A DNA stretch of 51,756 nt, the filler included, from Bipalium vagum (Eukaryota), in assembly GCA_037834085.1 (NCBI GenBank). It is 3 parts of 3 records of this genome, joined end to end, with 100 filler letters (N's around TTAATTAATTAA, not from the genome) between each part and the next. Parts side by side here need not be neighbours in the genome. Positions count along the whole stretch, not along the records: positions 34,893 to 51,756 come from JBBMKC010089438.1; 2 more parts are not named here. The stretch is one strand, 5' to 3'. Below are positions 39,790 through 51,756 of the stretch, one piece after another. Every line of letters begins with the position of its first letter. Positions within the stretch are counted from its first letter, which is position 1. The position numbers and the translations under genes were made by a program. The notes under the pieces were generated by a model. It was not told where the DNA came from. It made no database searches and saw nothing but the letters and a program-made list of their open reading frames with translations.

Positions 39790-40089
39790 GGTACTATTTT
39801 ACTTTAACAACCCTGTGTTATAAGTAAACCAATCATAAAACAGGGCTATTTTTAGACTTTATTTTATATAGATCATTTATGTTAAAGTAAAATAGAACCT
39901 AATTATGTCATACAAAGCAATTTTCCAATAAAACATGATGATGGTTCCTTTGAAATGATAACGCCAGCATAGTTTATTTGGTTCTAATTTACTTTAACAA
40001 CATAAATAACTATATAAAATAAAATCTAAAAATAACACTGTGTTATGATTGGTTTGCTTATAACACGGTTGTTAAAGTAAAATGGTATC
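39790..40089. mobile_element. Merlin-like MITE, copy 1 (300 bp)
   Basis: ~110-bp TIRs starting GGTAC. Flanks TAAGTTAT / TAACTTAT give a 7/8 match to an 8-bp TSD. Homologous to 40736-41040. Confidence 0.8.
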
Positions 40090-40735
40090 TAACTTATTTC
40101 TTAAAACATTTGAAAACATTTACATTCAAATATTAGAAAAAATAGTTTTGCTAATTGAGCTGTACTTCAAAATTATATAAATATTCACACATACATTTTT
40201 CCTTTAGAAAAACTCAATAAAAGACCCACCCAAAGTAATTAAAATAACTATAAACATTGGTTTCAATGAAATTTTTAAAATGCTAGCCAGTAAATTAAGG
40301 ATTAGTTTTAATTTTCTAATTTAAGTGTTTATGAGTTTGAGTTCCTGGTGATTATAAAAATGTATAAATTAAATTAAAATATTAAAGATTATTAAATTCT
40401 TACCAGTTACATTTTTTGGAGTAATTTCTAAATAAAATTTAAGATGGACATTTAAAAACAGTTTGTTTATATATTTAGTTTGATTAGGTCAATAAAAAAT
40501 TTGAACATCGATTATTCTTTTTGAATAATTATCACTGCACCATGACCAAAATGTGTTTTTACGCATTTAAAAAGTGAAATATTTTTAAAATGTATTTTTA
40601 TTAAATAATGTGTAAATTAATTAAATTATAATGTAACTAATTATTTGATGATAAGGTTACTAGAAATTCCCTTTAATATATGTTTAAAAGTCATTGACTG
40701 GTCTAAGTAGTGATTGAGGCGAACTTAATAATATG

Positions 40736-41040
40736 GGTACTATTTTACTTTAACAACCCTGTGTTATAAGCAGACCAATCATAACACAGGGTTATTTTTA
40801 GATTTGATTTTATATAGATCATTTATATTGTTAAAGTAAAATAGAACCTAATTATGTCAAACAAATTAATTTTCTGATATGATTCCTTTGAAATGATAAC
40901 GGGTTGGAGAGCACAGCATAGTTTATTTGGTTCTATTTTACATTCGCAACATTAATACCTATATAAAATAAAATCTAAAAATAACCCTGTTTTATGATTG
41001 GTCTGCTTATAACACAGGGTTTTTAAAGTAAAATAGTACC
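40736..41040. mobile_element. Merlin-like MITE, copy 2 (305 bp)
   Basis: GGTACTATTTTACTTTAA...TTAAAGTAAAATAGTACC with ~112-bp TIRs and a perfect 8-bp TSD ATAATATG (40728-40735 and 41041-41048). GGNRM termini plus an 8-bp TSD fit the Merlin superfamily. Confidence 0.85.
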
Positions 41041-43779
41041 ATAATATGTATCATCAACTGGGTTATATATTTATTTTCTATTTCCTTATTTAATTTTGCC
41101 TTTTTCTGGTTTCAATAAACCTAATTCCAGATTGGGATATGAAGAAACTTTTACAAGCCATAATATTGTACAATAATGTATGTTATAATTTTATGTTAGG
41201 TTTTTCAAAAGTCTTCATATCTTATTATAACTATTCTTTACTAGTTTATTCTATTCTTAAGAATATCGTCTATAACTTCAAGGTCATACTGATCTTCTAA
41301 TCTAATACAGAACTCTTTGGAATCATCATATCTACTGATTAAATGAATTTCATCTGTGTTTAATTTTTCAATTCCAAGAAGAGGAAGGAATGAGGAGCTG
41401 TTGGGAAGGCTTATCGAACATTGTTATAACTATTATTAGTGAAAATTTTATTTAAAAATTATTTACTCTAATTACAAATTTGTGTTAATAAATTTTTTTA
41501 AAAAATAAAACAATAATAAAGAACAAAGTAATTTAATAAAGTATTTTAATAATAAAGAAAATAATAATAAAATAAAGTAAAAAAAAGAATCTGACCTAAG
41601 AGCATATCCACAGGGCCGTGCAGCAGCATAGGGTTGGAGCGTCGAGAAGGGTCTGAAAAGTAATAAGAACAAATTAAATAATAATAATAAACTTAAAAAA
41701 ATAAATAAAGAATGAAAAATACTTGATTGGAATCGTGATCAGAAAATGCGAAAAATAAAAATCATCTGGGGCGTGAACCCCAAAGTAATTTGATAGTAGG
41801 TTGGACTAATAATGACAGTGATGTGGATGGAAATGTGATATGTGAAGGGAAAAATAATTTCTAATTATTGTTATTATTATTATGGTTAGATATGTTTATA
41901 ATTATTATAGTTGTTATTATAAATATTATAATGATAAAAAATGAAATTAAAAAAGGAAAAGAATGATAATAATAATAAAATTTAATGGAATTTCATAATA
42001 AGAATGGTAAAAATAATAATAAAACATGTTAGATAAAATAAAAAATGGTAATAATAATAAAATAGAATAAGAATGATAATAACAAATTAAAAAAAAATAA
42101 TAATAATAATATAAAATAAATATTGAACGTAATGTAAAAATTGAAGAGGTTTTAAGTACACATTTCAAAGACCAGGTATAAATCCTTGACAAAAATTTAT
42201 GAGTAATATCAACATATTGAGAATTTTATTTTGTAATAGAAATGAAATAAAATAGTAATTCTAAATGACCTGCGGTGAAGAATTTTTTACTTTTTCCAAT
42301 TTTTTCTTTTGCTTAAATCTAATTTATAAACGGAAAATGGTAATTAGTTTATCCAAAAAAATAACATTGTTATAAATTGGAGCTGTATTCTTTAATATTG
42401 ATTAAACTGGCAAATATCTTTACCAGTTTTTAAATATTAAATTCAACCTGACTTTTTTTTTTAAATATATTTAATTGATTCTTAAGATAAATTAAAAATA
42501 TTTTTTAAAATTAACTTTTTACCTTTTAATTAGTAGACTAATTAAAGAAAATAAAATTCGAAAATAATACTAAATTTAAAAATCCAGACTCAATTTAATT
42601 TTTAAAAAATTCATTTCGTAATTTTTTTTAATGTTTAATATTTTTACGATTGTTTAATTATTTTAATTTTCCGAAATAATTCCCATTAAATAAGAAAAAC
42701 AATTATCTTCTAAATTTGTTTCGACTCGTTATTGTTAGTTGATATTAATTAATTTCTAATAATTTTTATCTTTTCAAGAAGCCTGTGTTTTATTTGATGT
42801 TTATTTATAAATGGAAATTATATTTTGAAAAATAATAATAAAATTATAAAAAATAATAATTGGTAAAATCGTTAAAAATAAAAATAATTAATAAATTACT
42901 GTTACGTTATTAAAATGGAAAGATATTAATAACGTAATAAAAATATTCAATAAAAGTACGTATTTTTATAAAAATAAATATTAAATATCATAAAAATATT
43001 TAAAGAAAACTAAATGACTTTTTATAGAGAAAAACAAGTCGTTGTGAAAAATAATGTATTTTTCTGACTATAAAATGTGGTGTATAAATAATTATGAGCA
43101 AAAAGTGAAATAAATTGCATTAGGCGTTTCTATCCTGATGAACCAAAGGATTTAATTTGTCTCCAAACATATCAGAAACATTTGGAATAGCGAACTATAC
43201 AGAATACCCAAATTGGTTATCTGATATCATTGATAATAATTTTATTAATAAATAATGAACTTTCTTCATGAGAATGTACACTACTCTACTGCATATAATG
43301 AACGTATCGTGTTCTAAATATATTGCTGTTATCTTTCTCTCGTTTCAAATAAACGGCAGAAATGGAAATATTTTAAATGTCTAAAAACTGTACTAAAAAT
43401 ACTAAATTGGGGTCTATTTAACGGGTTCCAAAAATATTAAACGGATTTTTGGAAAGGAGTTTGAAATCTCAGAAGGTATTTACAGATAAGAAAGCAAAGT
43501 GATATTTAAATTTTATTTCTGAATTCCCAAAACACTAAAACAGTGAGGTTCATGTTTGATAGCATAATAAATTAAAAATGATTAACATATTTCCTTTGTT
43601 TCTAAATGGATTGAAGAAAAAAAATTCTAAAGACTAATAAGAATATGAGCATTGAAATATAATTTGAGGTTATATGAAATAATAAGATAACAATTAAATA
43701 TAGATTAAGTAATTGTTTAAATGACATTATTTACGGCGCTTTCTTTAAAAATGTACCTCGTGAAAATTAATATTCACGT

Positions 43780-44146
43780 ATGGCTACTAATTATAACTGG
43801 TCTAGAGTTTTCTTCTGGTAAGAACAATGTATGTGATGAAGAAAGGCGTGGACGACCATATCAAATGACGAGAAGAAATTCGAAAAATTAAAAAATATTG
43901 TAAAAGAAGAGAGAAGGAAAATAAAGTCCTAGGAAGATCTCATAATTCAAGATTTCTTAATTTTTCTTCAAAAATGGTCTCTTTTTATCGGTAAATCAAT
44001 GGACGAAATGCCTGGAAGTATATGATGGTTATATAAAAAATAATTTTGTGTGTTTATCTATAGTTCATCTATTCTAAATAAAAAATTTCATTTTATTGCC
44101 ATTCATATTTCTGTACGAGTCTAACAAATTTTATCCGCACCACGTA
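43780..44146 (+). mobile_element. Short mariner remnant
   Basis: NWSRVF..GKNNVCDEERRGRP is a mariner N-terminal GRP motif. A C-terminal-like RW.KCLEVYDGYI* segment and a TIR-like end ...CACCACGTA follow. Confidence 0.6.
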
Positions 44147-46589
44147 TATTATATTTATATATACTATTAATGTATATTATAAATTATATTTATTAAACAA
44201 CAAAAATATCAGCAAACAATTTACATATTAATATTTTAATTTAATAAATTAAATTAATTTATTTAATAAATTAAATTAACGAATAATAAAATTGAGAAGT
44301 GAAATCAATAGTCAGATGAAATTAGAACTGTCTGAAAGGAAAGATTTTCAAACTAATTGCAGTGTTGAGTAAAATGCGAATTTCTTTCTGATTATTAAGG
44401 CCTACAATTTGATAATGGCCATTAATTTATTCATAATTTTAATAATAAAACATTTTGCTGTTTTTCACACTTAAAAATATTTTTCGTAAAATTATTTAAT
44501 TTTATTTTGTAAAATTGGTTGTCAGCATCTTTTATTTATATGATTATTTTTATCGTACTTTAGAAGATCCCTTAACCCCTTAGAGCCTTTTTCCTCAATT
44601 CTATACATCTTCTCTGAATATGCATGACAGATTTTGACAATGCATCACGGATTATAGCACTAATGATAGATATATCCGTGCATTCAGATCAATGATTATA
44701 ATAAAAAACCTTTTTTTCAACTTACTCTCAAGTCTCAAACATCAAAATATATCAATCTTCTGAAAAATATGAAACATTTTATTTAAACTTTGAGATGATA
44801 ACATACAGAATAGGTCTTCAGGGCAGTGCCTGTTTACAAAATTTGAGACCTTTTATTTTGCAGACGACCATTATTATTGGTGGCTACTTGAAAAAGAATA
44901 CCGTTCCCAACATATTAGGGCCAAAATTGCATAATAAATTGAGTAGAATTTTACAGTCTGTACCCTTGCAAGCTTTCTGATGAATATGGAAAAGAATTCA
45001 AGAAGCATATCATCATCAGTTATGGACCCCTATTAGTTTTCGTTATTTTATCGATAAAAATAATAATTTTATTAATATTAATACCAAAGATTGTGTTTTG
45101 AAACCTTAATTCGCTTTACACGCAAAAAGAATATTTACTGTGAGAATATGAACCATAAATTAAAGTATTTGTGAGATTCTAAAGTCATTTAAATTCATTC
45201 TGGATAATTTGAAGACAGTCTAATTTTTACAGCAGTCTTTTGCAACAATATGATTTCTTCCCCACCCGTTTTTATTATCATAGAAATCAGGTTGGATTAA
45301 ATTAAAGTCGTTGATTAGTGTGACATTATGCAAATTCGAACTTGGTATGATCGTTATTTGTGGAGACAGTGTGACTAAAGAGAATGTTATCAACTTTATG
45401 GCTCCTTTGGTGGTATATCCCACGCATATTTGACAAAATATCACAAGGTAAAAAGGTTTTCATGTAATTAGTACCGTTTTATTTATTTCCTTTTTCGTTA
45501 TTGGGAACATTTTATTATTATTTTAATTAGTTATTTATGATTTTTTTAAATAAAAATCTCTCCTACAAATTGTTAAGAGAATCTTGTGATACACCAATAA
45601 ACCGTTTTCTTTCTTTAATGAAAAATTTTAAACTGTTCCTTGAAAGACCGAAAAATTTTAAGAATTTATTTCATTTTTCTACATTTTACCGATTTACTGT
45701 GACCAATTTTTCTTATCGTTGAGGGTGGATTGAACCACAATTCCAGAAAATATTTCTCCTGATCTACGAACAATTTGCGAATATTTTCTACTTATCTTTC
45801 TTTTAATCAAATTTTTGACATGGCAAATGTCTGTTAAGTTGATTAAATAACCGAAATTGCTACGTACAAAATCTGGGTTGTCTAGGGTCTTGTTTGGGAT
45901 ACGCAAGCCCATCTTTTATATGTTTCTTGTGTTTTCGGCTGTGAAGACAGTTAGAGCTGGAATATCTTAATTCTCTGAGAATTTAACTTCAAAATAATTT
46001 ACCAAATTACTGTGGTCAAATATCTTTTTCAAGATTACAATATTAATTATTTCAATAATGAAAATTTTAATTAACGAGAGTTAAATAGCTTTAGGTCAGT
46101 CTATAAAATGATTAGAAATTGACCCTTAAGTATAAATTTAAAAATAATAAATTATCTTGTAGATTTTATTTATATTTTTAACTTCTTTTTATAAATAATT
46201 TTCAAAAAATAAATATTCAGGGGGAAATGTTCCGGAGATTTGATTTTAAAAAATCTAAATTAAAATATAATATCAGATATGATTTATTTATATACTAAAA
46301 TAAATTCATGAAAATATATATTATTTCTTTTAATAAAAATAAGTATTTATTTAAACAAAAATATTTTTGCAAAAATAAAAGGTTAAGTATTAAATATATT
46401 AAAACAAATTTATTTTTGTAAAAAATTTTCAAAAATTTTAACATTCCGTTTATAAAAGAGTTTCCACTATGAAAAGTGGTCGTTATAAAAGTAATATAAA
46501 AACTATAAGACAAAGAGTATTTTAATAAAACTATATTTATTTTAAACGGATTATGTACAGAAAACAAATTCAATTGATATTTAACAAAA

Positions 46590-46850
46590 TATCTTAACCC
46601 GATAAATTTGGCCAACTTTTCTTTTTACTCTTCCCATCAACTTCTGCACAGTCATTCTAGTTACTTTTTCTATTGATTTCTTCTACTTTTTTAAAAGTCT
46701 GCGTCATTCTTTGCAGCGCCCTGGGTGTTATTAAAATTCCATTTTACAATTGCCCAATATTTTTCTATTGGCCGGAGTTCTGGGCAGTTCTGGTGGTTGG
46801 CTTGTAGAGGAATAAATTTAAAATTATTTTTTCAAGAATTATACAATTGA
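46590..46850 (-). mobile_element. DD37E (ITmD37E/TRT-like) transposase C-terminal fragment
   Basis: Minus strand NCPELRPIEKYWAIVK (~46790-46743), the signature around the catalytic Glu of DD37E elements. Confidence 0.7.
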
Positions 46851-48779
46851 CAAAAGAACGTAGGAAATGATTTTGAAAATTTGTGGTGCTGTTGCAAAAT
46901 GTTTAAGGCTGCTGAAAAACATATAAGATAAGCAGTGAATGATTTTTAAATTGGAGAAAAACTGTAACACGTTTTGAAGTCATTTGGTTCTTACCAATAA
47001 TTTTTATAGATATTTTTTTGAGCTTTGAATGTAAAATAAAATGGGTTATGACAGAGGCCGGTCTTAACGGGTATTAGTTAATAATAAATTTTTAACATCA
47101 ATCATTTTATTATTATTATTATTAATTAATAATAATAAGTTATTGGCAGATGTTATCAGAAAAAGTTACCAAAAAATTTTATTCCCAGAATATCTGGCTT
47201 GATTTATTGTTATTTAATTTAGCAATAGGCAGACAAAGTCCGTAATATGTTTTACATTCTATTTGAAGGAATAATAAATTGTTTCTGTCAATTGGTGGAA
47301 AAAGAGTGCAGATCGGTTGGATTAAGAGAAAGTTTAAAAATATATGCAGCTCACAAGATTATTAAGATCACACAGTTCACGAAGCCTAAAAGTTATTGTA
47401 ATAAATATTATTGTTGCAATTTTCTAGAAGTGTTATCTTTATGTAAGTATTTAGAAAAGATTATTTTTACTGAGTATATTTGAAATCAAAGACTAAGTCA
47501 TTAAAATTGTAATGATTAATTGCAACAAAGATGGCAACCTTAAGAACCTGGGTAGATCCGCACAAAGACTGGTTGGAAAGCATATTCTGTTATTGATTTT
47601 GTATTGATAATTTTTTATTTTACAAAAATCATTATTACTCCCTTTCTTATTGTTCTGTCTGAGTGGATTACTGAACCAGGATCTCTATCAAAACTCGATA
47701 TAAAACTTAAGGATAGCAAAGAGAAGATGCCGAAGACATAATGACGACAATGAACATTACATGACAATAAAGATAATTATTATATTATTATTATATGAGG
47801 ACAATTATATATGACAGAAAAACAATTATATTATTATTATATGTGAGTAATATTTATATATTTGACAGATATATTATTATTATATGTATAAACGTAGATA
47901 ATAATGTTTTAAGTGCATGAATATTAAAAAATATAATAAAATTCTTTTTTTAAATATAATAAAATCTTTTCAAATTAAGTAAACATAAAAAAACAAAAAG
48001 CACTCAAGTGCTATGACAAAATAAATCAGACAGATAACACTTCCCTTGTGTGCTAAAGAAAAAATAAAATTTTACAAATGAAATAATTTTATAATAAAAT
48101 AATTTTTAAAATTAATTTATAAAAATAAAATAAATAATTTACTATAAATAATAAATACTTTACAAAAATAAATATATAAATTTACGAAAATTAGGAAGTA
48201 TTGCCTAATTATAGTAATTATTATTAAAATAAAGAAAATTTATGAATAGCCAATTAGAAGGCTTAAAATCTGAAAAGGGGACTGTATAAGCCTCTGTTTT
48301 CAACAGTAAAATTGCACAAAAAATTTCTTGAATTAAAGCAAACTTTTGCTAAGAAAACCAGTTACTTAAACTCCATAATCATAAAAGACGATTTATCAAT
48401 ATAACTTGAGTTCGTTTTAATTTAATTAAATAAATCGATAATTAAAGCATAGTCTTTACATTATCGCTAATTAATAAACTACTTTCCAATTTCTTTTTGT
48501 TGTTTTCCTGCAATGCTACTCTACGAACCTCTACAGTTTAGAGTACAATTTTTATAAACACAGGACCTCTTCGATTTTTCCTAATCAAGAGAGTATAGAT
48601 TTTAAATAAAAAGTATTTAATAATAAATATTAAAAAATTACTACTTGTAAAAAAGTTTTGTATAATAAAACATAGTTAAAAATAAGTTTTCTCAATTATT
48701 TTAGTTAAGTTCTCCTATTATCTATACTTCCTTCAAACGAGAGTTGGTGAGCCAAAACTACCTTGTCTCGTAAAAAAAT

Positions 48780-49168
48780 TAATTACACGATAAATCTTTA
48801 TCGGTTTTCAACCCCAACAAATGCTTAAATTTGTCCTTTAATTATTCGGTACCGAAATGATCCATTTTTGTCTCCAATTGTAATACATGGGTATTATATG
48901 GGTTTTATATGACAATCGGCGAAGATCAGCACAATTTTTGGATGCGGTTGAAAAAATTTGAAAGATATTCAAAAAACCCAATCAAAATATTTTACTCTAA
49001 ATTCAATTGATTGTTATCGATCCGGGTTTGAAAATTTGCATAGCAGATGGCAAAAGGTTTTTGAAAAGGTGATGATTATGTCTTTGATTAAAAATAAAAA
49101 ATTAATCAAAGTTTATTTGTTTGAATTTTATGTAAAAAAAACTTGATTACTTTCCGGTCCACTTAATA
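48780..49168 (+). mobile_element. Internally deleted mariner fragment
   Basis: WVLYDNRRRSAQFLD joined to the C-terminal YRSGFENLHSRWQKVFEK, then a TIR-like end ATTACTTTCCGGTCCACTTAA|TA. Confidence 0.75.
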
Positions 49169-50539
49169 CTAAGCTTAATCATCGAGCATCTCGCTATCAG
49201 ATTATCATCTGACCAAACAAGTGGATACATTTATGATCGATAAGATTTAACAAAAACATGGTGGTATTAAGAATGTATTTAATAATAATAATAAATGTTT
49301 TCATTCTTCAGTTTTTTTTTTCCAGAAATTCTGATTTCTATAAAAAGGGAATTTATGATTATTTGTCCTGATTGTAGAATTTTTTTGAGAACAATGAAAA
49401 ATATTTTGATTAATAAAATGTGTTTCATCTCTTTTTTATTTAGTTAACATTTTAAAAACCGCCATTTCATGTAGGATAACCCATTATAAAGAAATTTTTT
49501 AATAATTCATTCACAATAATTAGTTGAAAATAATGAAAAAATTGACCGAATTTTCTGCTCAGTTCATTACAAATCTGAATTAAAAAACAAAAAATGACTT
49601 GACTTTTATATTTATAATTGTTTATTCCTTTGTGTAAATACTTTTAGATATAAAATTAAATCCCTTTAATTGATATTTAGAGAAAAAATAACACAGACAG
49701 TAATCTTAAGATAAAAAGAAATAAAATAGTTTAATAAAAGCTTTTCGTCAAATAAATTTAAATAATATTTACTTAATTTTTAAAAAATTTATTTTATTTA
49801 AAATACAAAATTAACTAATATTTCAGTCAATTTAAACAAAATTACTAAAGACAATATCTTTTCTAGAAATAATTTTATTTAAATAAATGATAAAATCAGT
49901 AAGATAAAATGTCAATAATCACTAGAATTTTATCAAAAATCTTTGGCTTGTAAAAATTTATTTTGAAATAAAAAAATAAATTTTCAATAAATTAAAAAAA
50001 TTAATTAAAATCTGCACTCATTTATTAAAAATGAAAACAGAATGATGAATATTTATAATTTAAAACTTTATCTGTTCCATCCATAACAATATTCGAAAAT
50101 TTTGGTATAATCTAAAACTTCTTGATACCAATATTACAGACCTAAAGTTAATATCAGATTCCTAACATATTTATATGCATTTTTTCGACAATGTTATATG
50201 TATTAAAGGGTAAAATAAACTAAAACTCTGAGCTAATTTTATGTTTATTTTATGTTTAATATATTATATTGAACATTTTCCAACTCAAAGAATTTAATCT
50301 CCATAAAATATTGGACATTGAACATAAATTTATTATATATCTTAAATAAATTGATGTATATAAATATTAAAGAGACGGTTTCTCTATTAATTTAATAATT
50401 TTCTCATGTATATATATTAAGATTGAAAAAATATATATTAGAAAGAAAACCAGTTAACCTTCTTAACGTTGTAGTGAAAGTTATTAATCATTAAATATAA
50501 TTAATTATTTATTTATAATATATAATTATTGTCAATAAA

Positions 50540-51756
50540 TTGTCAAATGCCCAGAAATGATTGTCCGGACCTGGCTGACCGCACGACATTGTCACCTTTC
50601 GCAAGCACATGGATATAAATGGAAATGAGTCTAGATTTGAATGGCCTACCAACTCTTTTCAGGATTTTTGTAGAGAATTGAATCTGACCAAGGTGAAATC
50701 AAAAAAATGGTTTTCCAATATTAAGGAAAGATCATCATATACGAACACAATTAAATGGTGTCATGATAAGGTGAAATCGTGAAACGTAACGAAATTATTC
50801 TGGGCTTCTTTTCTTCTCTTGATGGAATGCATTTTGTCATGATATCGGAGGCTTGCTAAATATTTTACAGATTGAATATAACAGAAGTGATTGGTGCCTT
50901 TTTATAGATTCTTCGATGAAAAGTCTAAAGGCAGGTCTCATGTACAAAAATAATGATCTGCCCACCTTTCCAATAGCCTTAGGACATATGAAAGAAGAAC
51001 GTGATTCAATCAAGAAATATTTGAGGTACTTGATTACCATAGTCATGAATGGCTGATAATGTGCAATCTTAAAGTATTAAATTTTATTATGGGTTTAAAA
51101 AGTGGTTGTACCCATGCTTGTACTGCATGTTTGACTCCAGAAACAGTCATCTTGACTTCAAATCAGATAACATTTGGCCACCTCGTATATCTTATGACAG
51201 TCAGCCATTAGTAACAGCAGAAAAAATTGTTTCACCTCTTTTGCACATAAGCCTTGGCCTCTTTCAAAAGTTTGTCAAATCCTTGGACAAAAATAGTAGC
51301 TGCTACAAGTTTATTCGCAACAAATTTAATAAGTCTGAAGCCGAACTTGAAAATGGTGTTTTAAATGGTCCAGAAATTTTTCGTCTCATTAATGACTCTG
51401 ATTTCTCTAGCAGTAAGACACCATGCCAGCTTATGGTCTGGGAAAACTTTTGCTTGGTAGTCAAAGGTAAGTAGGTAAGGAAGTGAGTGAAAACTGGGAA
51501 CAAAAAAAAGATGATTTATCGATAGCTTGGCAGTAATGGATTATGAACGAGTTAGCAATAAGATGCATCTTCTTTTCAAGCATAAGAAGGAATTTGGACG
51601 TCACCTTGAAAGATTTTCCGATGAACACGGCGAAAAGCTACATAAAACCATGCAGGTCTTTGAAAATCGTTTTGATGAAAGTCGACCAAATGAAATGATG
51701 GCCGATTATATATGGTCACTCCAAAGAAACACCTCTTTCTTTGGTTAATATACTGT
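50540..51756 (+). mobile_element. Decayed Chapaev-3-type (CMC) DNA transposase
   Basis: Co-linear motifs WCLFIDSSMKSLKAGL...HMKE, CNLKV...MGLKSG, YPCLYCMFDSR, PLLHISLGLFQKFVKSL, SEAELENGVLNGPEI, SNKMHLL, SDEHGEKLH and MMADYIWSLQR across three frameshifted ORFs. The element runs off the window end. Confidence 0.85.

Noticed and set aside
44795-45912. Non-LTR reverse transcriptase/endonuclease remnants (GLQGS.., FADD, INDFNL)
   Set aside because: The motifs are very short, in different frames and on different strands, so they could be chance.

Overview
This window is AT-rich, intron-containing animal DNA. It is not prokaryotic, and I see no CRISPR array, rRNA or operon structure. The short introns, composition and divergent proteins look invertebrate and flatworm-like, but that is inference. 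Two host genes lie on the minus strand. (1) A DYRK1/minibrain kinase is represented only by its first two coding exons (30203-29282 and 21357-20780) and stops at the GSFGQ|intron at the start of the kinase domain. (2) A multi-exon ADAM/reprolysin (M12B) zinc metalloprotease runs from about 17253 to 3677 and probably further. I assembled it by hand: a signal-peptide-like exon, pro-domain exons, then the IELYLVAD, GKTYMGGMC and [15 protein letters not shown] motifs. No further DYRK exon was found in the 20.8 kb downstream of its last visible exon, so the ADAM appears nested on the same strand inside a DYRK1 intron. The caveat is an artificial 100-bp scaffold gap at 16702-16801. Two putative ADAM pro-domain exons need single-base frameshift corrections. 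The rest of the window holds many decayed DNA transposons: several mariners, maT/DD37D, Tc1, DD37E, pogo/Tigger, Chapaev-3, Tc1-type MITEs and two Merlin-like MITEs with 8-bp TSDs. It also has two copies of a tRNA-derived SINE-like repeat, micro- and minisatellites, and two N-gaps carrying a TTAATTAATTAA stop linker.
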